Source: Octopus vulgaris
Lineage: Eukaryota
Reading direction: 5' to 3'
NCBI GenBank assembly: GCA_951406725.2
Contig: OX597814.1
Coordinates: 108,252,001 to 108,316,000 of the forward strand
Length of the DNA stretch: 64,000 nt
This document shows, one piece after another, positions 1 through 13,345 of this stretch. Numbering within the stretch: the first letter of the stretch is position 1; each line of letters opens with the position of its first letter. Both the position numbers and the translations under genes were made by a program. The notes under the pieces were generated by a model. The model had not been told where the DNA came from. It saw nothing but the letters and a program-made list of their open reading frames with translations, and did no database searches.

Positions 1-439
1 ACTTTGAAGTCGGCCTGTGTGTGTTTGATGGGGTGTGGGAGACAGACAGTATGTTGTGTAAGTGAAGTGCTTCTGTTAGTGTGTGCGTAGAGACAGACAT
101 ACATATACACATACACCGAGTACATACATACATACATACACACACACACATACATAGATACATACACACACACACATACATACATACACACACACATACT
201 TACACACACACACACACACACATAGATACATACACACACACACATACATGCAGACATACATATACACATACACCGAGTAAAAAATTACACTGAATCGACC
301 ATACATACATACACACATACATACATACACATACACACATACATAGATACATACACACACACACACATACATGCAGACATACATATACACATACACCGAG
401 TAAAAAATTACGATGAATCGGTCATACATACATACATAC

Positions 440-474
<35 letters not shown>

Positions 475-667
475 TAGATACATACACACACACACATACA
501 TGCATACATACATATACACATACACCGAGTAAAAAATCAGTTATCTCTCTCTTTCACACATTACTCTCTCTCTGTCTCTTCGCACACACTAACAGAAGCA
601 CTTCACTTACACAACATACGGTCTGTCTCCCACACCCCATCAAACACACACAGGCCGATTTCAAAGT
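1..667. repeat. Inverted repeat (arms 1-97 and 571-667) enclosing a CA/CATA-rich tandem array; foldback or MITE-like, left end probably outside the window
   Basis: Reverse complement of 1-97 matches 571-667 with about 3 mismatches; the internal marker CATACACCGAGTAAAAAAT recurs at ~268, ~390 and ~519. Confidence 0.8.
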
Positions 668-1922
668 GAAACCTTCTCGTCATAAAATCGCTTCCTCTTA
701 GTCTCTTTCGCTCTCATTACTTATGTAAAAAAATAAAAGTTTTTTACGGAAATCGACGGAAATCTGCGCTACGACATGCGAAACTTCGCCGCAAAGTGTA
801 TACTATAGCTACAGACCAGCCTTGCAAGTCGAACTGATAGATGGAAAGTGAAAGAAGCCCGTCGTGTGTGTGTATCACTGTCATACAAGCGGTGCCCTTC
901 GTTTCCAATATTCTGCGAAAACATGTCCTGCCACGAGGAAACATTACCTTGCTTGGAAAAGGGAGAAAAATGGCAACAGGAAGAGCATCTCGCTGTGGAA
1001 AATCCGTGTCTCCAAGTGTCCAACTCATGCAAGCATGGAAAGTGAAAATTAAACCGATATTTCAACTGAATCGTGTTTAAATCTGATCTTATAAAAGTCG
1101 CAGTAACTTTCCACAAGTGCTAAAAAGGAGAGAGACACTTCACGGTAGCTCGACACGCTAGAAATAGCAGTCGAATGCTCCTCAAATCCTACCCTCTCTT
1201 ACAAAGGCAAACCAGAACAGCGTAACGTTTTCACTTTCTCAGGCTTTAAAGTTCTTCTCAGTCTCGCAAACAATTCTTATTATTCCTGTATGGCAAGGAG
1301 TGTGTTCATGTGTTTTGGCTGAAGTTCAACCACAACCATGTTTATGTGTGAATTTTACAGCAAATCCATGAATGAAACAAATACAGAAAATATTTTTCAT
1401 GAATACAAAAAGAAAGCTGATGTATTAACAGAATGAAAATCCCTGCAGAGAAAGTAAAAATGGTACGCTAATGTAGTCCAAGATACACCACGTTTGACTA
1501 AGAAATGAGATGGCTACGATTACCTGATCCTAGTTTTGAAAAAGCAATCCATACCTCATGGGGAAGAAAACGGCACAAAAAAAAAAAGAAAAGAAAAGCT
1601 GGAAGTTTTGGAATTTTACTATTATACCTGTTTCCAAATGTTGATCGATGGTCTTTCGGAATAGCAATCACTAACTACATCATGATCAAGGAAAAGGGGG
1701 TGAAAATTTGGGCAGAATTTTTTGTTAAAAAAGGGTTAATGTTTTTACATTTTGATACCCAAATTCTTACTTTTCGAGTAAATTTATACAATTACCCACA
1801 GCAAGAATACTAAAATAAATAAATAAATAAATAAACCCTCCCCCATCGATTCTGTCTCCTTTTCTTTCTCCCAGGGGTGGTGATAGCTATGCCAAGACTC
1901 CGTCTACTCCCTTGGGACTCAC

Positions 1923-1940
1923 CGAGAGTTCTATAACCAT
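1923..1940 (-). CDS. Candidate first coding exon (MVIELS, phase 0) of a gene running off the left edge
   Basis: Minus strand reads AAACC ATG GTT ATA GAA CTC TCG|GTGAGT: good Kozak context plus a consensus donor, just downstream of a CpG-rich segment. No homology recognised. Confidence 0.4.
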
Positions 1941-2370
1941 GGTTTCATTGTTGGTTTTTGTTAAAACAAAATCAAGCGTGACAAATAGATCAATAAATAA
2001 ACCGTTCGAGAGGTGAATTTATTGCCAAAGTTGAAGAAAGAATTGAAAAAGATAGGAATACATCGAGAGAGAAGGAGAGAAGCAATACAATAGAGAAGGG
2101 GGATTTGCAAGTTGGTCAAACGTCCCAAGTCGGTGTCTTCCTTCGTGAAAACTAATTCAATTATGTCTAAAAGTTGGTGACTTCCTGTCTGAAATGGCGG
2201 GTTGGGGAATCGTCGTCGTTTAAACGAAGAGGATTCACTTCTTTGGTGTTCGGTCAACTGACTGAATTGTGCCCGAGTATTCCACAGACGTCTGTTACAC
2301 TTCATGTAGTGATGAGGGAGAATTAAGCATGACAGTATAGCGAAGCTGTACCGTTCACACAGTTCCACTT
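1941..2370 (-). promoter_or_regulatory. CpG-enriched putative promoter / 5'UTR
   Basis: CpGs retained in a CpG-poor background; ETS-like ACTTCCTG and YY1-like AAATGGCGG near 2180-2200; adjacent to the ATG/donor exon. Confidence 0.4.
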
Positions 2371-5300
2371 AGAAGGTAGGGATTGACTCGAGGCTATAGA
2401 AAAGGCTATACAGTTGACCAGGACGTCTAGCAGTGGGATCGAACCCGGGACTTCGTAGTTGCGAAACGAACTTCTTAACCATTACTGTGCCTGCACGCGC
2501 GCGCGTTAAGTTGATGTCTTCCTACTTGAAAATACAAGACAAACAATTCTAACCGAGATTCTCCACAACTTGTCTACGAAGCAACAATTCACGTTGTCGG
2601 TCGACTTGCTAGATGTAGCAACCAAATCTCCCTCAAATTACACTCGAGTGTTTTCAAAGAAAAAAAAATGAGATCGGATATATTGAATAATGTGGCCCTA
2701 GAGATATTCTTAAAACAGGATGGTCATAGCTGGAATACCTTTAATAACAGGTCTATTTAAGCAAATCTAATGTGGAGTCAACAATATAAATTGCATTGAA
2801 GACACGTATCCTTTATAACAGCAATATTTAATATGCGATATTCATTTGGCATTATTATATATTCACGTTATTTTATACCTCTAGGACTTGGCTTTAACAT
2901 AAATAAATCAGTTATTTTTGAGAAGCAACAACTTTATTACAAGCAAAAACAAATAGACATCTTAATTTTCACAACAATACAAACAATTTGTAGGTGAAGA
3001 AGCCAATTTCAGCTCAAAGGCATCGACATTAAACCGAGAATGTAAATACTACGGCAGGTTTTATTATTAAAGACAGCAATTATCATTGCCATGAGGGAGG
3101 GCATTTCTCAAGCGAGGAAGTAATTGACTATTCAAGTTGAATTATTTAGCGCTTAAATATAACGTGTGTTCTGTAAATTCTACCTTAAAAACCCCAGAAG
3201 ACATGTCACGAGACGACAGCATGTAATATTCTTTCGAAGGCAAAAGAACAAACACTAGGTCTTTTAGTCTTTTACACGTACGTCTCTATAATAATTCCGT
3301 TTCATATTCTTCTCCCCCGCCAAGGCCTTTCTCTGGTGGGGGTACAAAGTACGTCACAATACACACACACACCCCTTCAATAGTTCATTCGGATAATAAA
3401 GCTCTTTTCTAGTATTGATATGTTATCAATATGTTATAGTATTTATTGATAGTCGTAGAAAAGGAAGGGGAAAAGGACAGTAAATAGCTGGTTGCTGTAT
3501 CGCCAAGTGATATCCTAAACCGAGTTGCTCGGTAGAATATTAAAACATTCATCTCACGTGGAGCTGAAAATGTATGAACAGAGACAAGCGACAGGTTTTG
3601 ATATATCTACACACACACACGAGAAAAGTCCGAGACGAAGACAATCAATCATACACACGTATATATATTTATATATATACATATATATATAGCGGTGATA
3701 GTAGTAGTAATAGGTATCCACTGCCAATTTCAGTCAAGAAGACCACATACCCCGACCATTGTCAAGTAAATGCAACTTAACATTTACTCTCATGATAATT
3801 ATGATGGAAACGTGTCGTGTCATTTGCGTATTTTCAGTAGAAATTCTTTCGTTACAGAAAGACGCCAAGATAATATATATACATATATAAACAATCGCTT
3901 ATTTTGCAATCGATAAAAAGAAACAAAATACTTGTTATTCAATATAAAATAACACACACATATATACAAATTATAATTCAACTTCCTCTTTTCCAATGCA
4001 TAACTCGACTTCTCGTTCTTTCCATCCATATATATATATATATATATATATATCCCGTAGTTTAAGCTGCAGATTATACCTACCTGCATATGTGTATTGT
4101 GCTACATATATTTGTATGTGTGTGTAGATATTCATACAGATGCATACACACCTTACACATATGTGGCGTAAGCTTTGGATATATAAAAATAAAACCAGCT
4201 GGACTTAAATGGGCGGAAATTTTTGTATGTTATTTCATAGTTTGTCGATTTTAGAATTTCAGTTCCACATAGGAGAGATGTGAGAAGAGAAAGACCAGTG
4301 ACCCTCCTTAGTCACATTCTACCGGACATTCGAAGCAGCTGACTAAACGACGGAGGACAGGACTAACAAATCGAACAGATTGTTTTAAACCAAAGAAACT
4401 AGAATTCTTTCGATCTTACAGACAACACACTTCGTTACATTGGAAATTATTAGAAGCGGTTTTATAACAAGCCATTTTCAGAACCTAGTTGTACCGGCAT
4501 GTCTTATAGAACTGAAATTCGAAACTGAAACAACGAAACAAACATCTAAATACACCAACACTGTCCATTTCTAGAATTCGTTTTTTTACGCATAATGAAA
4601 GAATTTGGAAATAAAAAATACTACAAAAACAGTTTTATAACCATTTCGTTGTCTACCTCTCTACATATTTTCATTAAATTGTCATATAAATGAGGCTTCT
4701 TGAAAATTTAATTCCAATGAATTAAAAAAATATTCTGCTTACGGAAAAGTTGAGAATTTAAAGAAACTCCCTTAAAGTTTACCTCATAGCATGGAGTATA
4801 GCCACAGTTCCTGGTTATCATTTGGTAAATTATTGCATGACCACGTTATAATAAATAATAATTAATAATAATAATATATTACACAATCAATAGTTACGGA
4901 AGATACGAGATGCCAACAGCGATATTAACTAATATAATAAAGATAATTATGTTAAACAATAGCGCCGAATTCCAACCAGAACAGCATGAATGAAAATAAA
5001 ACATGCAATTAAGACTTAGATTATTTAATAAGAAAAACGATAAAAATATAGAATTTATATAATTTTTCTTCTTCTTCTTCGAATCAAAGTAAAAGCAATG
5101 CTCACCTTTATCTTGGTTACTTTCGGGTAGATCACAGATACCAGCAGGGTAACGTCCAATGATTAGTAAAGATATGGTAGGGTGATTTTCCGAGTGTGTA
5201 AAGCGATGGATATAATAATATTTAGTGGAAGCAAAGAGACGGGGGACTGGATTATGTTGTTGTACATGTCAACATACCGCTACTGAGGTGTCTCTCTCGC

Positions 5301-5569
5301 TCGATGGCTCATTCTACAGGCAAATAATAGGACTCACACCAATATAAAGCACACTTTACTAGACTCACTGTGAAAAACAATATCTAACAGATGACTACAA
5401 TGTAATTACGGTGTAGAACCTTGGCACATTATTAAGTATGTATTCCTGGAAAGACCGGTACAACTACTGCACTTTACAACAGCCCTGGAAGCTGCCATAT
5501 TTAATGTTTACATGGTGGATTATGGGTAAACAGCTGCAACACTGGTTTACGAGGAAACCTTCTCCCCCT

Positions 5570-6060
5570 CTCTACTATCTTTATGATTTTCTTTTTCTCG
5601 CTCTTTCTTTACTTTTTCTCTATCTATTTCGACAATTCCCACTCTCTGCTTCACTGTTAGCTTTTCTCCCTTTCCCTCTTCCTCTATCCCTCTGTTTCTC
5701 CCTCTTATTCTTTTTCTCTCCTCTTTCCTTAATTTCTCTCTATCTATTTCGACAATTCCCACTCTCTGCTTCACTATTCACTTTCTCATTTTCCCTCTTC
5801 CTCTATCCCTCTTATTCTTTTTCTCTCTATCTACTTCGACAATTCCCACTCTCTGCTTCACTATTCGCTTTTCTCCCTTTCCCCTCTTCCTTTATCCCTC
5901 TGTTTCTCCCTCTTATTCTTTTTCTCACTCTTTCTTTACTTTCTCTCTATCTATTTCGACAATTCCCACTCTCTGCTTCACTATTCACTTTCTCCCTTTC
6001 TCTAACCCTCTGTTTTTCCCTCTTATTCTTTTCCTCTCCTCTTTCCTGCTGACATCTCTC
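5570..6060. repeat. CT-rich tandem repeat, about 90-120-bp unit, 4 copies
   Basis: CTATCTATTTCGACAATTCCCACTCTCTGCTTCACT at ~5620, ~5740, ~5827 and ~5947. Confidence 0.85.
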
Positions 6061-8059
6061 TCTTTCTCTTCCCCTTTCTTCTCTCGTTGTTTTATTATAT
6101 TATCTCTCCCTCTCTCCTCCCTTTTCTCTCACAGTATATTTTCCCTCCTTTCTCTGTCACATTATTATTCCCCACGTCATCTCTCCTCTTTGTCTCACTC
6201 TATCTCTCTCTCCACTCGTTTTCATTATTTCACACTATCTCTCTCTTTCTTCCCCCGTTGTTCTATCACATTATCTATTATACTCTCCCTCTCTTTACTC
6301 CCTTATTTCAGCATATCATCTCACTTTCTCTTCCCTCTCTTTCCTCCTCACTCTCTGCCCTTCATTCTTCTCGACACAACTCCGCCAAGTTTTCAAGTCA
6401 GCCACTGGCTGGTCTCGAGGCGATGACACATCGAATTAACAATAGATTAAGAGAAACACTTGTATAGTTTTCTATTCTATATATTCCCGAACATTATTAA
6501 TAAAGCAGTGACATCTTATTGTTCGATCCATTATGGGAAAAGAAAACAAATCCAGTTCGATTATTTCCTCATAGAATTGATATTTCTAATGAATGAACTT
6601 GCCAATCTATTCAGTTTTAAGCTTCAAACTTTTTCGGCCTCTTCCGTTTACTCAAGGAATGTTTGACTATCAAACTTGTGTAGTGATCCCGTTCGGTTAA
6701 AACGACATTATTTGGAAACAAATTTATCGTTTTTATTGTCACACTAACCTATTCCGTAAGAACTACGAACAAACAAATCTTATATAAGTCTTGGAGAATT
6801 CTTCGAGAAATGATTACAGAATTCTCTTTAAATAACAACTAATTAAATGTTGTGCATGATAACGAATAACCGAACTTTTCAAAAGTGGACTTCGGTACGA
6901 AGAATATGATAATTGACCCTAATAAGAAGACTGGTAAAAACGGAAACTAATAACGTGGGAAGAAAAAAAAAAAAACATTAAACCAGATCAAGTTGTTTCA
7001 TTTATTCCATCAGGACAGACTTCTGAACTACTTTTCTTGTTTTAGATATCTTTCCAGCCTTCATCTCGTGTATTGTTAACATTCGGGGAGTTGTTTGCGA
7101 CGGCTAAAAGTTATCCTATGAATTCTAATACATATATAAAAATATAGAATGTGTGAAACATAATAATGTCCCATATTATTTCGTGCTGGATTGTGTCATG
7201 AAAGTGAATGCCATATCAGTTAAGATACCACACCTAGGAATTAGTCAAAACGACTGCATATATATATATATGACATGACAAATACAACGATCCACTTTTA
7301 AGAGTCTTCTCTTTATGTTCAACTACAGGCACGGACAACCTTTTTTGAGAAGTGGACCGCATTAGACATGGCTTATTTACAAGCAGGCCACATTACTAAA
7401 AAAAATTCAAGGTAATTTTTTATTAGACGAGCCAGTCACAAACTCCTGCAGGCAACATGTTATCCGTGACTACTCAACCATGAAATGTCTATTTTTTCTT
7501 AAAAACGTATTTTGATAATTTCTCCCTTTTTTCAGTTAACATGATTGTGCTAACATTTCTTATAAATCATAATAAAAAATATTACACATAATTTCTCAGT
7601 AACGACTGTTGCTATAGACAAATATATATTTTGTCATTTTTAAAGAAATCATTGCTTTCACCTGTTGACTTTGAAGATCAGATCAACTTCAATTTGCAGT
7701 GTGTTATTGTGTCTAAAAATTTCAATCAACTGAACTTATTGGAATTATCTCCCTTCTTTTCTTCAACAACTGTCAGCCAATTATTTCAATAATCACAATC
7801 AACATTTTCCACATCACTCTATTATTATATACTCTTAAGTTATATTAATATATGAGACTGTCATATTTTACTATCTTAGGCTCTTCAACAGATAAAATTC
7901 TTGCCATCAGAAAATAATCGCATGCTATCTTGCACCTATGAGAGGGCCTCAACATGGCTGTTCTCCCTACTAGAAATAGCAGCTAAATTTCCCTCAAACA
8001 TCACAATCCACTTCTTTTTAAATCAACTGGAAATATTAGATATTGTGGATCAGAGTGCA

Positions 8060-8475
8060 ACTCTTTACTCTCTTTTACTTGTTTCAGTCATGTGACTGTG
8101 GCCATGCTGGAGCACTGCCTCTAGTCAAGCAAATTGACCCCAGGACTTATTCTTTGTAAGCCAAGTACTTATTCTATCAGTCTCTTTTGCCGAACTGCTA
8201 AGTTACGGGGACATAAATACACCAGCATCGGTTGTCAAGCAATGTTGGGGGGAACAAACACAGACACACAAACATATACACACACATACATATATGTATA
8301 TATACATATACACGACAGGCTTCTTTCAGGTTCTGTCTACCAAATCCACTCACAAGGCTTTGGTCGGCCTGAGGCTATAGTAGAAGACACTTGCCCAAGG
8401 TGCCACGTAGTGGGACTGAACCTGGAACCACGTGGTTCATAAGCAAGCTACTTACCACACAGCCACTCCTACACC
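8060..8475 (-). mobile_element. tRNA-derived SINE, family A (CORE-like, resembling octopus OR-type SINEs), full length
   Basis: tRNA-like head with A/B boxes, CORE-like GGCACCTTGGGCAAGTGTCTT, internal microsatellite and GTAAAAGA tail; near-identical to 46253-46690, 47575-47969 and 59070-59513. Confidence 0.85.
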
Positions 8476-9359
8476 TATGCAACCTGAAAAAAAAAAAAAA
8501 AAAGGTGAGATGATCATGGTTGGACTGTCTTTTATCATAAGTTCACTCAGTCAGGACTGACATAGAGGTCCAAAAAGGTTACAACATCAAGAATTATCCT
8601 AGATTTAATTGTTTCAAGATTCAAGATATGATCTTACTGCAGAGCAATGCTTATTGTAACCTTCATGTGTCCACAGCCTTTAACAAACAGTTCCAGGTGT
8701 ATTTGACAGTTAAAGACAAACTGAAAAATTTTTTGTAAGTTTTACAACAACAAAAAACTACGGAAGTGGAAGCAATCACATCAACTGTCCTTGTAAACGT
8801 GAATGCAGATTATTATCAGCTTGTTTTCTCTCTTATTTACTGGACCATGAAAAAAACTCTTTAAAATAGGAAGAGAAACCTGTTATGGCATTGAGTGTGA
8901 CAAAGTAAGCACAATAGATAACTGTTTAAATCCACACAATGAAATTTTATAATTCATGTCACCATTACAGCTTATCACTCATGTATATCTCAATGCTTGG
9001 ATTCCTCAGGTACGTACTTGAGGGAGGTGGGGGAGCTGTTGAAACGAAGGGACAAGGTCGTTATAATTTAGCAGGTAGAAATAACAAAAACTGTTACATT
9101 GGTTTCAAATTTTGAAACAAGGCCAGCAAGTTTAGCGGAAGGGGGAAGTTAATTACATCGAAACCCCCCCCTCCTTCCCCGGGGTTCAACTGGTACTTAT
9201 TTTATTGACCCCACAAAAGGATGAAAAGTAAAGTCAACCACAGCAGAATTTGAATGTAGACCATAAAGACAGATGAGAAGCTGCTAAGCATTTTTTCTTT
9301 CTGGTGCGGTAACAAATCTGCCATCCCACCACCTTAATAATAATAATAATACTCTATAT

Positions 9360-9630
9360 GAGCGTGATCGTTACCTGCATCGCCTTACTAGCACTTGTGC
9401 TGGGGGCATGTGAAAAAACATTCGAGCGAGGTCGTTGCCAGTACCACCTAACTAGCCCTCGTGCTGGTGGCACGTAAAAGCACCTACTACACTCTCAGAG
9501 TGGTTGGCATTAGGAAGGGCATCCAGCTATAGAGAGTCTGCCAGATCAGATTGGAGTCTAGTTCGCCAGACCTCAGTCAAATCGTCCAACCTATGCTAGC
9601 ATGGAAAGCAGACATTAAACGATGATGATG
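9360..9630 (+). mobile_element. RTE LINE 3'UTR-only fragment (family D)
   Basis: GGCACGTAAAAGCAC...GGAAGGGCATCCAGCT...GCATGGAAAGCAGACATTAAAC(GAT)n, the same as the 3' end of the RTE at 60106-61837. Confidence 0.8.
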
Positions 9631-10970
9631 AATACCACAGATTTGCTGGTCAGTTGTTTGACCATAACCACTTGGTGGCTGATGATATGTGCATCTCTGA
9701 TCATGAGCAGAAGTAGTTGGAGAGCATTATAGCCATGTGTTGAAAGGAATTCTTTGGGATTTGGATAATTCACCTCTGGAAACGGGTGTTTTGTTCATCG
9801 TCCTTAAACAACCCTTATTCAGGTACCTTTTGAGTGGGATGGGCTACTCAACCTGAAGAAAATTCTAACTGGGCCCCACCTTCCAGGTCATGCACTGTTT
9901 AAGTTGATATTTCGACACAGATTGTGTCGTATAGCCAGCTGGAGACGATGTCACCTGAGGCTAAATTACAGTAACATTAGTCCTAAACCAGGACTGCCAT
10001 GTTATATTGGCAAACAATCTTTACTACGAAGTACTGTTGCTGAATATTTCTTGTTGTGAGATTTAAAAATAGTAATTTTCTAAGTTATTTTGTATTAAAC
10101 ATAACTAGTCTGGGAACTGTAATTATCTTGCTTGGAAACAGGTGAGAATTGGCAGCAGAAAAATGCCTTTCTGTGCATTTTATGCAGAATTTTCTGTTTC
10201 TATCAAATTTAATGTTTTTAGGTCCTAATTCGATCCAGTTTTGAGAATCAAGCAGTATATTTTTATTTTCCCTCCAGATTTTAAAATTCAAATTTTTTTC
10301 TCATATCTCTAAAGTCAACAATCAAACACCAGTAATTCATTAGGGAGGAGATGGAGTAGAGAACTTGAGTCAATTGACTTATTCACTAATCTTTTGAAAA
10401 CTGATCTTGTACCGAGTCAGGAGAAAGAAATATTAAATGGCTTCAACAGAAGAAAATTACCATTTCTCCCCCACCCCCACTCCCCGCTCTTTTGCTTCTC
10501 TTCTGTTTTTAGAAAGAACTCTAAAGACACCAATGCAAGAAGGCAGAATTATTCTTGATCCTGTTTAAATTATCTGTGATTGGTGGAATATCTTTTTAAT
10601 ATTGAGGATTAATAAAAAAAAATAAATAAATAAAATAAATAAAAAATTTCCTCAAAATCCTGATAAAACTTCTTTTAAATCGCATTGATTTGCTATTGGA
10701 CATTGACAATGGCCTGAGGAAGATATCAGTAATAAATATGACCTTGAATGTATAATGCTGACGAAATTCATTAAAACAACAACAACAACAACAATCATCA
10801 AAATGAAATATTAGAGAAACATGTTTATTTTGTAGATTTCAAAAGAAAATAACAACCTTAGACTTTTCATTTAAAATCTGTGTTTTTTCTATGAATACTA
10901 TAATAATAATAACAACAACAACAATAATAATAATAATAATAATAATAATAGTAATAATAATAATAATAAT

Positions 10971-11450
10971 TTTGTCTTGGTGTAAAAGATGGGCTACAGC
11001 AAATATTCTGCTCAATACCACAGATTTGCTTGTCAGTTGTTTGATCTTAACCAGTTGAGCATGTCCCTTAGTGGCTGACGATATGTACATCTCTGATCAC
11101 AAGCAGAAGTAGTGGGAGAGCATCATAGCCATGTGTTGAGAGGGATTCTTTGGGGTTTGAATAATTCACCTTTGGAAACATGGGTGTTTCATTCAACATC
11201 CTTAAACAACCCTTATTCAGGGACCTTTTGAGCGGGATGGGTTACTCGACCAGAAGAAAATTCTAGCTGGGCTCCACCTGCAGGGTCATGCGCTGTTTAT
11301 CTTGATATGAGATCACCATGTCGTGCACATATGGTTGTGATGCATGTACCTGGCGTACCCTTATCATACGGGTAGTCATGATGGGTATACTGGGCTTCGT
11401 ATATTTTACCCCAGTGTCACTTTGATGGCATGTGCAACTCTTTCACTTAA
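10971..11450. mobile_element. Unclassified dispersed repeat flanked by (AAT)n tracts; partial copies at 9631-9910 and 12153-12260
   Basis: Three aligned copies sharing GATATGTGCATCTCTGATCA...CATCATAGCCATGTGTTGA. Confidence 0.7.
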
Positions 11451-11653
11451 TAATAATAATAATAATAATAATAATAGTAGTAGTAGTAATAATAATAATG
11501 GTTTCAAATTTTGGTACAAAAGTTCTGGAGAGAGGATAAGTAGTTAAATTGACCCCAGTGCAAAGGTGATACTTATTTTATCCTGAGAGGGTAAAAGGCA
11601 AAGTAAAATGCAGTGGATTTGAACTCAATATGTGAAGATAGATGAAATGCTGT

Positions 11654-12071
11654 AGTAAAGATTGTTTGCCAACATAACATGGTAGTCCTGGTTTAGGACG
11701 AATGTTGCTGTAATTTAGCCCCAGGAGACATTGTCTCCAGCTGGCACGATCTGTCCTAATACTTTCAAACAAGGGAATTTAGCACCCCCACTCAGCTCAA
11801 AACAATATCTGTGTATTGCGATTCCTGTGTTATTTCCCTTCATCAGCACAGAATAATTGTTTTGAGCTGAGTGGGGGTGCTAGATTCCCTTGTTTGAAAG
11901 TATAAAGACACAGATCATGTCGTATAGCCAGCTGGAGATGATGTCTCCTGGGGCTAAATTACAGCAATACTTGTCCTGAACCAGGACTGTCATGTTATGT
12001 TGGCAAACAATCTTTACTACAAAGTACTGTTGCCGAATATCTCTCGTGAGATTTAAAAAATAGTAATTTTC
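11654..12071. mobile_element. Foldback insertion (arms ~11654-11806 and ~11856-12020) with a 15-bp TSD and a hammerhead-like apex; probably Penelope-derived
   Basis: TSD TAGATGAAATGCTGT at 11639-11653 and 12072-12086; arms are reverse complements; part of the right arm and its flank recur at 9914-10085; the insertion splits a family-B SINE. Confidence 0.75.
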
Positions 12072-12384
12072 TAGATGAAATGCTGTTGAGAATTTTTACC
12101 AGTGTGTTCATGACTCTGCCAGCTTGCCACCTTAATAATAATTATAATAATACAGTTGAGCATGTCCCTTAGTGGCTGACGATATGTGCATCTCTGATCA
12201 CAAGCAGAAACAGTGGAGGAACATCATGGCCATGTGTTGAGAGGAATTTTGGGAAGTTTGGATATATATTTATGTATACATATTCATATCCATATATAGA
12301 TATATATATATATACATGTATACATATTTATATCCATATAGATGTATATATATATCTTATACATACTTATATCCATGTGATTGT

Positions 12385-12915
12385 GAAGACCCAGCAACTA
12401 AAGTGAGATTGCAGCCATGGGCTGATGCCAGTGTTGCATGTCCAGCCCATTTAAGAGTACCCTTGTTGTGTCAGGTGATATGATATGCTTGAGAAGACCA
12501 GTTGGGTCAAGTAAAACCAAAATCATAGCTGTGAAATGCATCATTCAAACATGGTCGATACCAGTGTTCCCTGACTGGCTTCCATACCTGTGGCACGTAA
12601 AAAACACCATCTGAACATGGCCGATGCCAGTACCTCCTGACTGGCTTTTGTGCCTGTACCACGTAAAATGTACCATCCAAATGTAGTCAATGGCAGAGCT
12701 GCCTGACTGGCTCCTGTGCCGGTGGCACATAGAAAGTATCCACTACACTCTTGGAGTGGTTGGTGTTAGGAAGGGCATCCAGCTGTAGAAACTCTGCCAG
12801 ATCAGACGGGAGGCTGGTGCAGCCGCTGGCTCTCCAGACCTCAGTCAAACTGTCCAACCCATGCTAGCATGGAAAACGGACATTAAACTATGATAATGAT
12901 GAAGATGATGATGAT
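12385..12915 (+). mobile_element. RTE LINE 3'UTR fragment (family D)
   Basis: Repeated GTGCC-n-GGCAC/AAAAGCACC units and the conserved tail with (GAT)n. Confidence 0.8.
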
Positions 12916-12994
12916 GAACATCAAGTTGGACGAAATTCCACTAAGCCTTCTGCCCAGCGTGCTAATGATTCTGCCAGCTCACCACCTTAATATT

Positions 12995-13070
<76 letters not shown>

Positions 13071-13331
13071 GTAGTAGTAGTAGTGGTGGTGGTGGTGGTT
13101 GGTGATGATAACAATAATAACAACAACAATAATAATAATAATAAATACTACCTTGAATCTAGAATGCTGATGAGATTCATTCAAAACAGAACAACAACAA
13201 TAATAATAATGATTATCAATGTGAAATATTCGCACAACAAGTTTATTTTGAAGATTTCAAAAGAACTACCTTAGACTTTTCATTTAAAGTCTGTGTTCTC
13301 CATGAATGCTAGAATAATAATAACCAAAGAT

Positions 13332-13345
13332 GTTGCCATAGCAAC
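13332..13345. promoter_or_regulatory. RFX X-box motif GTTGCCATAGCAAC
   Basis: Exact fit to the GTNRCC-N(0-3)-RGYAAC consensus, in non-repeat sequence. Confidence 0.45.

Noticed and set aside
76-525. ORFs rich in YVCM, HTHT, poly-H, poly-D or poly-I here and throughout the track
   Set aside because: They are translations of microsatellites and SINE bodies, not genes.
8677-9009. Cluster of three small AG...GT-bounded segments on +
   Set aside because: Joining them gives no consistent open frame or recognisable protein; they could be chance or non-coding exons.
13160-13190. CTGATGA motif suggesting a hammerhead
   Set aside because: No stem II followed by GAAA, and no stem I.
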